From contig NZ_JAXMIH010000012.1 in assembly GCF_034366625.1 (NCBI RefSeq), positions 29,358 to 93,357 on the forward strand: 64,000 nucleotides of DNA, given 5' to 3'. Positions within the stretch are counted from its first letter, which is position 1; each line of letters begins with the position of its first letter. Positions 1 to 8,990 of this stretch are shown here, piece by piece. The notes below the pieces were generated by a model. That model made no database searches, had not been told where the DNA came from, and saw nothing but the letters and a program-made list of their open reading frames with translations. The position numbers were made by a program, and so were the translations under genes. The DNA is from Prosthecobacter sp. (GTDB taxonomy: Bacteria > Verrucomicrobiota > Verrucomicrobiia > Verrucomicrobiales > Verrucomicrobiaceae).

Positions 1-108
1 AGTGTGAACGATGTACTCATCGCCGAAGATCTCCCGGAAGTAATGCAGCGCCTTCTCTTCGTCATCGACGTAGAGAATGTGATAAGGCGATAGCTGCTGG
101 CTGGTCAT
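1..108 (-). CDS. Response regulator receiver domain protein, N-terminus only (runs off the window edge)
   Basis: Manual translation from ATG at 108: MTSQQLSPYHILYVDDEEKALHYFREIFGDEYIVHT. ILYVDD is the acidic pocket of a receiver domain. Starts 4 bp after the kinase stop. Confidence 0.85.
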   Translation of the reverse strand, partial: MTSQQLSPYHILYVDDEEKALHYFREIFGDEYIVHT

Positions 109-112
109 GACT

Positions 113-1543
113 TCAAGCCTTGTCAGGCTTTTTGAGGCTCAGAGTGAACTGCGTGTGGCTTCCCGCCTCCGTGTCGATCTTCACTTCGCCGCCCATCTGC
201 TGGATCATCCGAAAGCAGATGCTCAACCCCAGGCCCATGCCCTGGCCGACCTGCTTCGTGGTGAAAAAGGGATCAAAAACCTTCGAGAGGTTCTCTTTCG
301 GAATGCCCGTTCCGTTGTCCCTCACGATCAAATCGATGCCGCCCGCTGTTTCCTGCGCCTTGATCAAAATTGTCGGCGATGGTCGGCCCGCCAGCGCATC
401 CAAGCTGTTCTGTACCAGGTTGAGGAAGATTTGAATCAGATAGTTTTCGTCACCCTGGGCGATGACGCCCGCCGGAATCTCATCCACAAGCGTCACCCCA
501 CGATCACTGATCTCCTTCGCGAGCAAACGCAGCGCCTTGCGTGACACGTCCTGCAAATTCACCGGCCGTGCCCCGCGATTTTCAGGATGTGCGAACGTGC
601 GCAGATCAGAAACGATCGCTGCCACACGGTCGATGCCCTCGCCAATGTCCTCGGCGATGGTGTTGAACGCCTCCGCGACCTCAGGAGGCAACGCTTTGCC
701 CTTTTTCTTTAGCAGATACACCGCCGACTTCACGTAGTTCAGCGGGTTGTTGATCTCATGCACGATCCCGGCGCTGAGACGGCCGATGGACGCCAGCTTT
801 TCGCTCTGATCGAGCTGCGCCTCGGTTTCACGCAAACGTTTCAGCGTGGTGGTGAGTTCATCGTTGCGTGCGGCCAATTCCTCACGCTGGTCCTCCACTT
901 TGCAGCGGCTGGCAAATTCACGCAGGCGGATCGCATGATGCTGACGGCTGCCAAAGTAAAGCACCACGCAGTTCAGCAGGATGAAGCCTGTGTTGTTCAC
1001 AAAGATGCCCAGCGCACGCGGATCGTCACTGCCGCTCAGATTCGGCAGTGTGGAGGCCAGATACGCGAGCACGACGAGCCCCAGCGTGAGACCGATTTCG
1101 CGAAACGTCCAATGGAACACAAACGACGTCGCCACGATGCACAACGTCAGCCCGGCATAGTAGCCGGAGCCGGGATCACCACTCAGGTAGATCATGAAAC
1201 AGATCATGAGCGCCGGCAGCAGTGGCAGGATCACCGGATAAGCGCGGCAGTACTTTCTCCCCAAGGACCCATTCAGCGCCAGAAGCAGCGGCACACAGCT
1301 CGCCGCACAGGCCAGCCGCAGCACCAGAAACTCCCAGTAGCGCTCTGGATAGGCCATCCAGTCCAAAAAACTGCACAGCGGCACCAGAATCATCACGAAC
1401 CACGCTCCCATACGGGCATTGCGCAGATTCAACTCCTCCTGCTCTCGTTCGAAACGCCCGGACCGCGGCACTTCGCCACCATGAGCCCGTTGGCAGACGG
1501 GGTCATGCCTGGGAACGGTCATCGAGGAGGAAACCTCTGCCAT
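113..1543 (-). CDS. Membrane-bound sensor histidine kinase (about 6 TM helices, HisKA + HATPase_c)
   Basis: H-box GIVHEINNPL, N-box QIFLNLVQNSLDA, G1 VRDNGTGI, F-box VFDPFFTTK, G2 GMGLGLSI. Six hydrophobic segments and no large periplasmic domain. Start uncertain (1543 or 1522; track gives 1576). Confidence 0.93.
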   Translation of the reverse strand: MAEVSSSMTVPRHDPVCQRAHGGEVPRSGRFEREQEELNLRNARMGAWFVMILVPLCSFLDWMAYPERYWEFLVLRLACAASCVPLLLALNGSLGRKYCRAYPVILPLLPALMICFMIYLSGDPGSGYYAGLTLCIVATSFVFHWTFREIGLTLGLVVLAYLASTLPNLSGSDDPRALGIFVNNTGFILLNCVVLYFGSRQHHAIRLREFASRCKVEDQREELAARNDELTTTLKRLRETEAQLDQSEKLASIGRLSAGIVHEINNPLNYVKSAVYLLKKKGKALPPEVAEAFNTIAEDIGEGIDRVAAIVSDLRTFAHPENRGARPVNLQDVSRKALRLLAKEISDRGVTLVDEIPAGVIAQGDENYLIQIFLNLVQNSLDALAGRPSPTILIKAQETAGGIDLIVRDNGTGIPKENLSKVFDPFFTTKQVGQGMGLGLSICFRMIQQMGGEVKIDTEAGSHTQFTLSLKKPDKA

Positions 1544-1709
1544 GGCTGCGAAAGACATAAATTTTACAAATTCCATAAATTATAACCCTCTTTTGTCATG
1601 CCCGGCAATGGCTAATTACAAAATCCTGACACCTGACTGTCATTTGTCTCACAATCTCCTCAGCCTCGGCTTGGCAAATCTGGCCTGCAACGCCACCATC
1701 CGCCGCCCC

Positions 1710-2831
1710 ATGCGCATCCTCATCGCCATCGACAAGTTCAAAGGCTCCATCCCGGCCGCGGTGGCAGCAAAATCCATCGAAAAAGCCCTCAAACAGGCGA
1801 TCCCCGAAGTCGAATGCGACCTCTGCCCCATCGCCGACGGTGGCGAAGGCACCGCCGAGGCTGTGATCGCCGCCTTGAATGGCGAATGGTGCGAAAACGC
1901 CACCTTTGACGCCCAAAATCGTCCCGTCACTGCCCGCTACGGCCTCGTTCGCGATGAGGGACGGCTCGAAGCTGTCATGGAAATGAGCGCCGCCTCCGGC
2001 CTCGCCATGGTCAGCGACCTCTCCCTCGATCCCGCCACCGCCACCACCCACGGCACCGGTCTGATGCTGCTGGATGCGATCGAGCGCGGCACGGATCGCA
2101 TCGTCATCGGCATCGGCGGCAGCGCCACCAACGACGCAGGCATCGGCATGGCCGCGGCACTCGGCTTCCGTTTTCTCGATGCAGACAGCACGCCGCTTGA
2201 ACCAATCATCTCCCACATGGACAGGCTCGCGAAAATCGAACGCAGTTCGCTCTCAATGCCCGAAATCCTCGTTGCCTGCGACGTGAACAATCCCCTCCTC
2301 GGCCCCCACGGTTGCACCCGCATCTATGGTCCGCAGAAAGGAATACAAGATTTCGGGTTCTTCGAATCCCGCCTCCAACACCTCGCCGACATCATCAAAC
2401 GCGATCTCGGTGTCGATCATCGCGATATTCCGGGAGCTGGAGCCGCCGGTGGCCTTGGCTTCGGCCTCATGAGCTTCTGTGGTGCCAAACTCACCAGCGG
2501 CTTCGATTTGATCGCTGATCTCGTCCATCTGCGCCGCCGCATCGCCGCCGCCGACCTCGTCATCACCGGCGAAGGCCGTCTCGATGCCCAAACCCTCCAC
2601 GGCAAAGGCCCCATGGGCGTCGCCGACATGGCCCGCGAACTCGGCAAATCCGTCGCCGCCTTCGCCGGAGCCATTGAGGCCGAAAACCAACTCCGCACCC
2701 GCTTCGACTTCCTCTGCGCCATCAAACCCAAGGACATGTCCCTCGCCGAAGCCATGCAACGCGGCCCCGAACTCCTTCACAACGCCGTCTTGCAGCAATC
2801 ATCTGCGCTCCTTGTCCTCTTGACTCCTTGA
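1710..2831 (+). CDS. glxK: Glycerate kinase (GlxK/GarK family)
   Basis: MRILIAIDKFKGS, PIADGGEGT, GIGGSATNDAGIG, GAGAAGGLG, VITGEGRLDAQTLHGK. Start reassigned to ATG 1710. Confidence 0.93.
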   Translation: MRILIAIDKFKGSIPAAVAAKSIEKALKQAIPEVECDLCPIADGGEGTAEAVIAALNGEWCENATFDAQNRPVTARYGLVRDEGRLEAVMEMSAASGLAMVSDLSLDPATATTHGTGLMLLDAIERGTDRIVIGIGGSATNDAGIGMAAALGFRFLDADSTPLEPIISHMDRLAKIERSSLSMPEILVACDVNNPLLGPHGCTRIYGPQKGIQDFGFFESRLQHLADIIKRDLGVDHRDIPGAGAAGGLGFGLMSFCGAKLTSGFDLIADLVHLRRRIAAADLVITGEGRLDAQTLHGKGPMGVADMARELGKSVAAFAGAIEAENQLRTRFDFLCAIKPKDMSLAEAMQRGPELLHNAVLQQSSALLVLLTP

Positions 2832-2904
2832 CCACACTTGACCCGCCTTCTCGACCGTGCTCAATGCGCTCTTAACTCATCACTCCTAACAACCAGTTCC
2901 AACC

Positions 2905-3828
2905 ATGAACGCAGTCCTCCTCTTCGCCGGTCAAGGCGCCCAGAAAGTCGGCATGGGCAAAGACCTTGCCGAAGCCTACCCCGCCGTCCGCGACATCTTT
3001 GACCAAGCAAACATTGCCATCGGCCCCTGGCTTAGCAACGTCATGTTCGAAGGCCCGATGGAGGAACTCACCAAAACCAGCCGCTGCCAGCCCGCGCTTT
3101 ACGCCCATGGCCTCGCCATCCTCGAAGTACTGAAAAGCAAAGTGCCATCGCTCAACGTCACCGCCACCGCAGGTCTCTCCCTCGGTGAATTCACCGCGCA
3201 CGCCGCCGCCGGCACCTTCGACTTCGCCACCGGCCTCAATCTCGTCTTCCAACGCGGCAGCTTCATGGAAGAAGCCTGCGAAAACACCAAAGGTGCCATG
3301 CTCGCCCTGCTCGGCGGTGAAGAATCCGCCATCCGCGAACTCGCGCAGGAATGCGATGTCGATGTCGCGAACTTGAACGCCCCCGGACAGATCGTCCTCA
3401 GCGGCAGCGCTGAAGGCATCGCGGCCGCAGCCGCTAAATCGAAGGACAAAGGCATCAAGCGCGCCATTCCCCTGCCCGTCGCCGGTGCTTATCACAGTCG
3501 CCTCATGAAGTCCGCGCAGGACAAGCTTGCCATCGCTCTCGCCGCCGCGCCGATTCAAAGCCCGCGCGTTCCCGTCGTCTGCAACTTCGAGGCCCGCCCC
3601 GTCTCCACGCCCGAGGAAATCCGCGCCACCCTCACCAGCCAGGTCACCGGCAGCGTCCGCTGGGTGGAAAGCATGCAGCACCTCATCGCCGCCGGCCACA
3701 CCACCTTCATCGAACTCGGCCCCGACGCCACCCTCGCCGGCCTCATGGGCAAGATCGACAAATCCGTGAAGGTCATCAGCATCAAAGACGCCGCGTCACT
3801 TGATGCTGCCGTCGCCCAACTGCAGTAA
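2905..3828 (+). CDS. fabD: Malonyl CoA-acyl carrier protein transacylase
   Basis: LFAGQGAQKVGMG, CQPALY, AGLSLGE nucleophile motif, LPVAGAYHSRLM, FIELGP. Confidence 0.96.
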   Translation: MNAVLLFAGQGAQKVGMGKDLAEAYPAVRDIFDQANIAIGPWLSNVMFEGPMEELTKTSRCQPALYAHGLAILEVLKSKVPSLNVTATAGLSLGEFTAHAAAGTFDFATGLNLVFQRGSFMEEACENTKGAMLALLGGEESAIRELAQECDVDVANLNAPGQIVLSGSAEGIAAAAAKSKDKGIKRAIPLPVAGAYHSRLMKSAQDKLAIALAAAPIQSPRVPVVCNFEARPVSTPEEIRATLTSQVTGSVRWVESMQHLIAAGHTTFIELGPDATLAGLMGKIDKSVKVISIKDAASLDAAVAQLQ

Positions 3829-3832
3829 GACC

Positions 3833-4378
3833 ATGAAGCACCTGCTTTACGCTCTGCTGATGCTCACCAGCGTCGCCTCCGCGCTCGAACTGCCCGCCAC
3901 CGACGGCAAGACCCACGATCCTGCCGCCGCTGGCGACAAGAAGGCCGTCGTGCTCTTCTTCGTCTCGCCGTTCTGCTCCACCACGCGGCCTTTCATGCCG
4001 GAGATCAACCAGATCGCCGCCGATTACAGCGACCGCGTCGTCGTTTACCTCGTGCATTCCGATCCCGAGATCACCACCGAGGTCGCCTTGGAGCACGCCA
4101 TCCTCTCCGAGGTCAAAGCCACCGTGCTGCTCGACAAGGAGCAGGCTCTCGCCAAGCAGTTGAAGGCCAAAATCACGCCCGAGGCCGTTGTTCTCTCACC
4201 CAAGGCCGAGACACTCTACCAAGGCCGCATCAACGACCTCTACCTCGGCCCCACCAAGCGCCAGCGTGCCGCCACCACCAAGGATCTGCGCGACGCCCTC
4301 GACGCCATCCTCTCCGGAAAGCCCGTTCCCACGCTGCAACACGAGGCACAGGGCTGCAAAATCAGCAGCATGAAGTGA
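3833..4378 (+). CDS. Secreted redoxin / AhpC-TSA family thioredoxin-fold protein
   Basis: Signal peptide MKHLLYALLMLTSVASA, single Cys (SPFCSTT), ITPEAVV, YQGRIND, C-terminal QGCKI. Confidence 0.8.
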   Translation: MKHLLYALLMLTSVASALELPATDGKTHDPAAAGDKKAVVLFFVSPFCSTTRPFMPEINQIAADYSDRVVVYLVHSDPEITTEVALEHAILSEVKATVLLDKEQALAKQLKAKITPEAVVLSPKAETLYQGRINDLYLGPTKRQRAATTKDLRDALDAILSGKPVPTLQHEAQGCKISSMK

Positions 4379-5681
4379 CGAGGCTCGTTCTTGCGTCCGC
4401 TCTCGCGTTGTGCTTCCTGCGGTGCAGAGCCGTTCCATACTCGCGCAGCTTTTCGGCGCTGCTGCTCCATGAGAATTCCTGGGTGACGCGCTTCAGCGCA
4501 TTGTCAGCGATGGTTTTTCTCAGGGTGTTGTCCTTGAGCAGCCGCAGAACGGCCTCACTCAGCGACGGAGCATCGTCTGCTAGAAGGATGTCCTGCCCGT
4601 TGCGCATGTGAAGCCCCTCCGCGCCCACGGTGGTGCTGACAACTGGCACACCAGCGGCCATGGACTCAAGAATTTTAAGGCGCACCCCACTGCCTGCCCT
4701 CAGAGGGACGACGAGCAGGGCGCACTCACGAAGAGGCGTCAAAACCTCCTCCACCTTGCCGGTCACTTCGATTCCAATGCTTGCGGCAGCAAGTCGCTTC
4801 AGGGCCTCGGGAGGCTCACGGCCAATGACACGAAAGCGGACTTCAGGCATGGTTTCCCGTATGAGAGGCAATATCTTCTCGATGAACCAAAAGGCGGCGT
4901 CCGCATTCGGCGGCCAGTTCATGGAACCAAGGAAAGCGATGCAGGGAGATGGAGATTGCTCAAGCACTGCCGGCGGCAGTCCTCGTGCATCGGGATTGGC
5001 TCCTGCGGGAACGCAGCCAAGGATGTTGTCCAACTTGTAGCTGTCGCGGTGATAAGCGGCGTCTTGATCGGAGATGGTGGTGACACCTTCAAACAAACGG
5101 CACAGCTCAGGCTCGCGGCGCTTCATGCGGCGCGCCATCTCATAAAAAAAGAGGCGCAGGAAAGGATTGCGCTGCAACTCCGACAAGCGCCTCCAGATCA
5201 GGGCTTCGACGTTATGCTGGAGCAGAATGGCGGGAGTGGCGCGCTGTGTTGCCCAGCCATCGAAGACCGGGGCCACAAAGAGCCCGTCCACAATGATGAG
5301 GTCAAAACGGCCGGTCTGTTCAAGTTCACGTGCGCGCTGCGCGAGTTCTTCGCTGTTAAACATGGTCAGAGAGAAGGGCTCTCGGGAGGCGAACAGATTG
5401 CGCAAGATGGGCCAAAGGAAGCTGAAAAACCTGCGCGGAGCCCATTCAGGCATGAGTTGAGAGAAAACGCATTCCCGCTCATGCGCATAGGGAACGGATG
5501 AAGAATAGACAGCCTCCCTACGGCTGTGTGATTCCAGCACATGCACATGACAGTGCTGCATCAGGTGCGTCAGCAGGTGGTACGAATAAATGATACCGCC
5601 GTTGTGGAGTGGCTGGCAGCCTCCCACCCGGACCCATAGGATGCGTAAACGATCAATAGAGGGAGGGGAGGACAAGGTCAT
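4362..5681 (-). CDS. Glycosyltransferase family 4 (GT-B)
   Basis: FLGSMNWPPNADA, VPLRAGSGVRLKILESMAAGVPVVSTTVGAEGL (EX7E), LLQHNVE. Resembles the GT4 sugar transferases of exopolysaccharide/PEP-CTERM-type loci. Confidence 0.92.
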   Translation of the reverse strand: MTLSSPPSIDRLRILWVRVGGCQPLHNGGIIYSYHLLTHLMQHCHVHVLESHSRREAVYSSSVPYAHERECVFSQLMPEWAPRRFFSFLWPILRNLFASREPFSLTMFNSEELAQRARELEQTGRFDLIIVDGLFVAPVFDGWATQRATPAILLQHNVEALIWRRLSELQRNPFLRLFFYEMARRMKRREPELCRLFEGVTTISDQDAAYHRDSYKLDNILGCVPAGANPDARGLPPAVLEQSPSPCIAFLGSMNWPPNADAAFWFIEKILPLIRETMPEVRFRVIGREPPEALKRLAAASIGIEVTGKVEEVLTPLRECALLVVPLRAGSGVRLKILESMAAGVPVVSTTVGAEGLHMRNGQDILLADDAPSLSEAVLRLLKDNTLRKTIADNALKRVTQEFSWSSSAEKLREYGTALHRRKHNARADARTSLVTSCC

Positions 5682-5832
5682 GCTTGATAACGCTTAAAGG
5701 TCACCGCTGGCGATAGGAACTCTCAGGTTGGCTGCCGATGCATCAAAATGCAACATTCTCGCGGCTTGAACGCGCAAATGAGTCGTTGAAACCAGTTTTG
5801 TCAGCAGGTTCTGCCCGGAGTTCGGAAAGTTT

Positions 5833-6372
5833 TTACCACACCAGCACCTCTTCTTCCGCTTCCTGCGGCTCCTCCCTTTTAACAGTCGTCCAACGGTACA
5901 TAATCGGATATATCGGCCGTTTGTCCTCGAAGAAGTCGGAGACAAAAGGTGGGCCGAAGGTGGTGAACCCAAAATGCTGATAGAGCGACAGCAAGTGCTT
6001 GCCTGTTTTGGTGATCAGGTACTCAGCCTCATTTTTGACCGCGTACTCATTGATCCCCATGCACAAACTCAAGAGATGGACGCCGGCGCTCCCCTTGACG
6101 GTACAGGCGCGTGAAAGCTCAAGACTCAATTTGGCCGACGGCAGCACCAGATCCTTCAATTGGGACTCGCGCATCATTTCAAACTGCCTCACTTCATCGC
6201 TGCGCAGAACCCGCGTGACGCCCAGCACGCTTCCTTTTTTGTCGAAGAGGGCAAAATGATGGGCCGGCTCATCAAATTCATCCAACACGTGGGTTATGGT
6301 CTCGCCGTAGGAAGCGCGACGAAACTTCTCGATGAGTTTTTGATTTGATCTGAATTCAATTTCTCTAACCAT
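5833..6372 (-). CDS. GNAT-fold N-acyl synthase, LuxI/acyl-HSL synthase or FeeM N-acyl amino acid synthase-like
   Basis: FRRASY, LDEFD, LGVTRV and ELSR occur in the order of the LuxI conserved blocks (R..F, D.FD, G..R, E.SR); LYQHFGF near the C-terminus. The LuxI Trp is not evident. Start moved to ATG 6372. Confidence 0.72.
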   Translation of the reverse strand: MVREIEFRSNQKLIEKFRRASYGETITHVLDEFDEPAHHFALFDKKGSVLGVTRVLRSDEVRQFEMMRESQLKDLVLPSAKLSLELSRACTVKGSAGVHLLSLCMGINEYAVKNEAEYLITKTGKHLLSLYQHFGFTTFGPPFVSDFFEDKRPIYPIMYRWTTVKREEPQEAEEEVLVW

Positions 6373-6534
6373 TATTGCCGAAAAACAAGGTGTTCTATGG
6401 TGCTGTAGGAAGTGCCGTTGCCGCTCTCTTGAAACACAAAGTCTGCTGAAACCGGTAGTGCTAAAGATGCAGACCTGAAGCCTTGCGTCAATGTTCACTC
6501 TTGCCAGCCATGCGGCCTATGCGAAAGCTCAAGG

Positions 6535-7929
6535 ATGGGCAGACTGTTGAATCTTATTCGTGCGTCCAAATCGATCCGTCACGCCCAGAGCTTGAGCCGG
6601 CACGACATGCTGGCATTGCAGGAACGGCGTTGGCGCGCACTTGCCCGCCGTGTCTTTGCCACCAGTCCGTTTTACCGGCGCCAACTGGCTGGCATCGACC
6701 TTGACCGGTGTTCCCTGGCAGACATTCCGACACTGACCAAACCGATGCTCGTCGAACATTGGGACGAAATCGTTCCAGACCCACGGTTGCACTGGGCCGC
6801 GCTTGATAAGCATCTGAAGGATCCGAAAAACTGGGGCAGACTGCTTCATGGTCGATGGATGGTGAGCATGACATCAGGAACGTCGGGTGCCGCCATCGCC
6901 ATTCCACACGATATCGCCTCGGTGGACTGGAATCACACGGCCCATGCCACTCGAAATGCACCGTTGCCGGAATCAACCTCGACACCCCGGTTGCCGCTGT
7001 TCAGGAAACGCCCGATAGCGGCGGCGTTCATCTGCTCGTCCGCGCCTTCGGTCTCAGCGGCGCTTCTTGGAACACGTCCGTGGATTGGCTCCCTTTTTTG
7101 CGACTATCAGCCGATCAGTGTCACTGCACCCTGGGAGGAGATCATCGCCCACCTGCACCGGATGAAACCGGACATCCTCATTGGCTATGCCTCGTTGATC
7201 GGACGCCTCGCACAAGCCAAGATCGAAGGGACACTCAAACTGGATTTGCCGTCACCCGGTGGAGCCATATCCACGGGAGGTGACTGCCTCACGCCGGGCA
7301 TTCGGGCTCTTTGCAGGCAAGCCTTTGGCATTGAGCCCATGGATGGCTACGGCTGTGGTGAAACCCTCGGCCTTGCACGCCAATGGGCCGGCATGAACCA
7401 CATGGTTGTGTTTGAAGACCTGGCGGTCTTGGAGGCAGTGGATCAAAACGAACAGGAAACCGGCCCGGATGATCTTTCAGATCACGCCCTCGTCACCCCT
7501 CTGTTCAACACCGCCTTGCCCCTCCTGCGATATCGCCTTGATGATAGGGTGCGCTTCGGTCCGGTTCAAGAGGGGTGGCCGTTCAAAGTCATCCACGAAC
7601 TGAGCGGGCGAAGTGCCCTGACCTACACCTTTCAGGTGCCTGAAAAGCTGGTGTATGTCGGCACCAAGTTCATCGCGGTCATGCAGCACCAGCCCCAGGT
7701 GGCTTGTTACCAGTTCTGTCAAACAGGCCCGAGCTCCATTGAATGCCGCTTTGTCCTTCAACCCGGAGCGGATCAGGCCCAAATTCAGGCCCGGCTGGAC
7801 GCTTCCATACGCCAGTGCCTGGATGAGGGCGGCTGCGGAAAAGTATCGGCCAAAGCCACCTTGGTTTCCCATCTGGAGCCTGACCCACGCACAGGAAAGG
7901 TGGAGCAAAATGTGCCCCTCAAGGCCTAA
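6535..7929 (+). CDS. Phenylacetate-CoA ligase (PaaK)/CapK-like adenylate-forming enzyme, paralog 1
   Basis: SPFYRR, IPTLTK, P-loop MTSGTSG, DGYGCGE, PLLRYRLDD, TGK near the C-terminus. Confidence 0.85.
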   Translation: MGRLLNLIRASKSIRHAQSLSRHDMLALQERRWRALARRVFATSPFYRRQLAGIDLDRCSLADIPTLTKPMLVEHWDEIVPDPRLHWAALDKHLKDPKNWGRLLHGRWMVSMTSGTSGAAIAIPHDIASVDWNHTAHATRNAPLPESTSTPRLPLFRKRPIAAAFICSSAPSVSAALLGTRPWIGSLFCDYQPISVTAPWEEIIAHLHRMKPDILIGYASLIGRLAQAKIEGTLKLDLPSPGGAISTGGDCLTPGIRALCRQAFGIEPMDGYGCGETLGLARQWAGMNHMVVFEDLAVLEAVDQNEQETGPDDLSDHALVTPLFNTALPLLRYRLDDRVRFGPVQEGWPFKVIHELSGRSALTYTFQVPEKLVYVGTKFIAVMQHQPQVACYQFCQTGPSSIECRFVLQPGADQAQIQARLDASIRQCLDEGGCGKVSAKATLVSHLEPDPRTGKVEQNVPLKA

Positions 7930-8215
7930 TGAGCGCTTGGTCATCGGACTGGACCCGCTCAAAGGTTTGAATGGTGACCCGCGCGTCACGGACACCCAGG
8001 TGCGCCAGACCGGCCCCCGCAGTATTGGATATTTGTTTTGTGCCGCTGATGGCATGGATAGTCGCGGCATGGCTGACGAAATCATGGCCAGCATGCGCGC
8101 CTGCCTCGACATGTGTGAGTGCCAGCAGGTGATCTGCACCGTCAGACATGTGCCTTTTTTGGAACCCTCCCCCAATACCGGGAAGGTTGAGCGCTGGGTT
8201 CCATTCAGAGTTTAA
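7925..8215 (+). pseudogene. Free-standing extra copy of the PaaK-like ligase C-terminal domain (remnant, small protein or frameshift extension)
   Basis: Frame +1 relative to paralog 1 reads PNERLVIG...DPRVTDTQVRQTGPRSI...EIMASMRACLDMCECQQVIC...LEPSPNTGKVERWVPFRV. This is colinear with paralog 2 PEERVVVG...DPRVINWQARQTGPASI...EILANMRQHLDSCACHQVTC...IEADPRTGKVNQFVP. No in-frame ATG at its start; TTG at 7937 is possible. Confidence 0.75.
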
Positions 8216-8330
8216 GTCGGAGCAGACCTGTGGAGCATCACTTCTGGCAAATCATTTCCGCCCGGTCCGACCTGTCGAACTCACGCACGACTCCTTTGCA
8301 ACGGCATTTTGAGCCATCACATGTGCGTGA

Positions 8331-8990
8331 TCATGACTTTGTGAGATCAAACACGTAGCCGGCCGCAAAGTACTTCAGGAGGAATCTTTGTTTGAATCCG
8401 GGGGCAACCACATCTTCTAAATAAATTTTCTTCCTTTGATTCAATTTTAATCCCGTCTCGTTAAATGCAGCTCGGTAATGAGCTTGTGTGTGTCTGAAGG
8501 CGAAGGTGGTGAAGTTTTCAAGCAGCTTGATTTCCTTTGTTTTCGTCCGCCAGTGATCAGACCTCATGTCGGAAATAAGAACCCTGCCCCCCACCTTGGT
8601 GAGTCGCGCTATTTCCTTCATGGCTGAGCGCAGGTCTTCCACATGGTTCAAAACCAGGCTGCAGACAACCATGTCGAATGGCTCATCAAGCGGGATGGCG
8701 TTCAAATCCGAGTGCATAAATTTCACACCCAGTCCCGCCGCTTTTTTTCTGGCCACTTCCAGCATCTTTAGCGAAAAATCAACGCCGGTGACCTCCGCAC
8801 CGGCCTCTGCCATGCGGATCGCGTGCCGCCCCGTGCCGCACCCCACATCAAGAATTTTCTTTCCGGCCACATCGAACTCGATCTGCCTGAGGGTCTTCTC
8901 TTCGGCTCTCACCAAGAGGTTGGTGGGCTCATCATACATTTCTGCCCAACGTTGATAAAGCTCATGAACTTCGAGGTTCTGCATTTGCAT
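8331..8990 (-). CDS. Class I SAM-dependent methyltransferase
   Basis: Motif I ILDVGCGTGRH, VTGVDFS, FDMVVCSLVLNHV, GGRVLISD. Confidence 0.93.
   Translation of the reverse strand: MQMQNLEVHELYQRWAEMYDEPTNLLVRAEEKTLRQIEFDVAGKKILDVGCGTGRHAIRMAEAGAEVTGVDFSLKMLEVARKKAAGLGVKFMHSDLNAIPLDEPFDMVVCSLVLNHVEDLRSAMKEIARLTKVGGRVLISDMRSDHWRTKTKEIKLLENFTTFAFRHTQAHYRAAFNETGLKLNQRKKIYLEDVVAPGFKQRFLLKYFAAGYVFDLTKS

Noticed and set aside
1542-1709. N-terminal extensions in the ORF track (glxK, nrnA, trmD, malQ, xseA, sulfatases, heme protein, ABC genes)
   Set aside because: The extensions lack family similarity and run through promoter regions; downstream starts match family N-termini or signal peptides.
6411-6430. 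TGCTGTAGGA resembling the left half of a lux box upstream of the LuxI-like gene
   Set aside because: The right half does not match, it is not palindromic, and no LuxR is present.
7929-7970. ATG overlapping the paralog 1 stop (TAATG) as the start of the extra domain
   Set aside because: That frame gives only MSAWSSDWTRSKV-stop; the homologous domain is in a different frame.
8281-8330. 8-bp inverted repeat TCACGCAC/GTGCGTGA after the methyltransferase stop
   Set aside because: Short arms, 34-nt spacer and no U-tract; compatible with chance.
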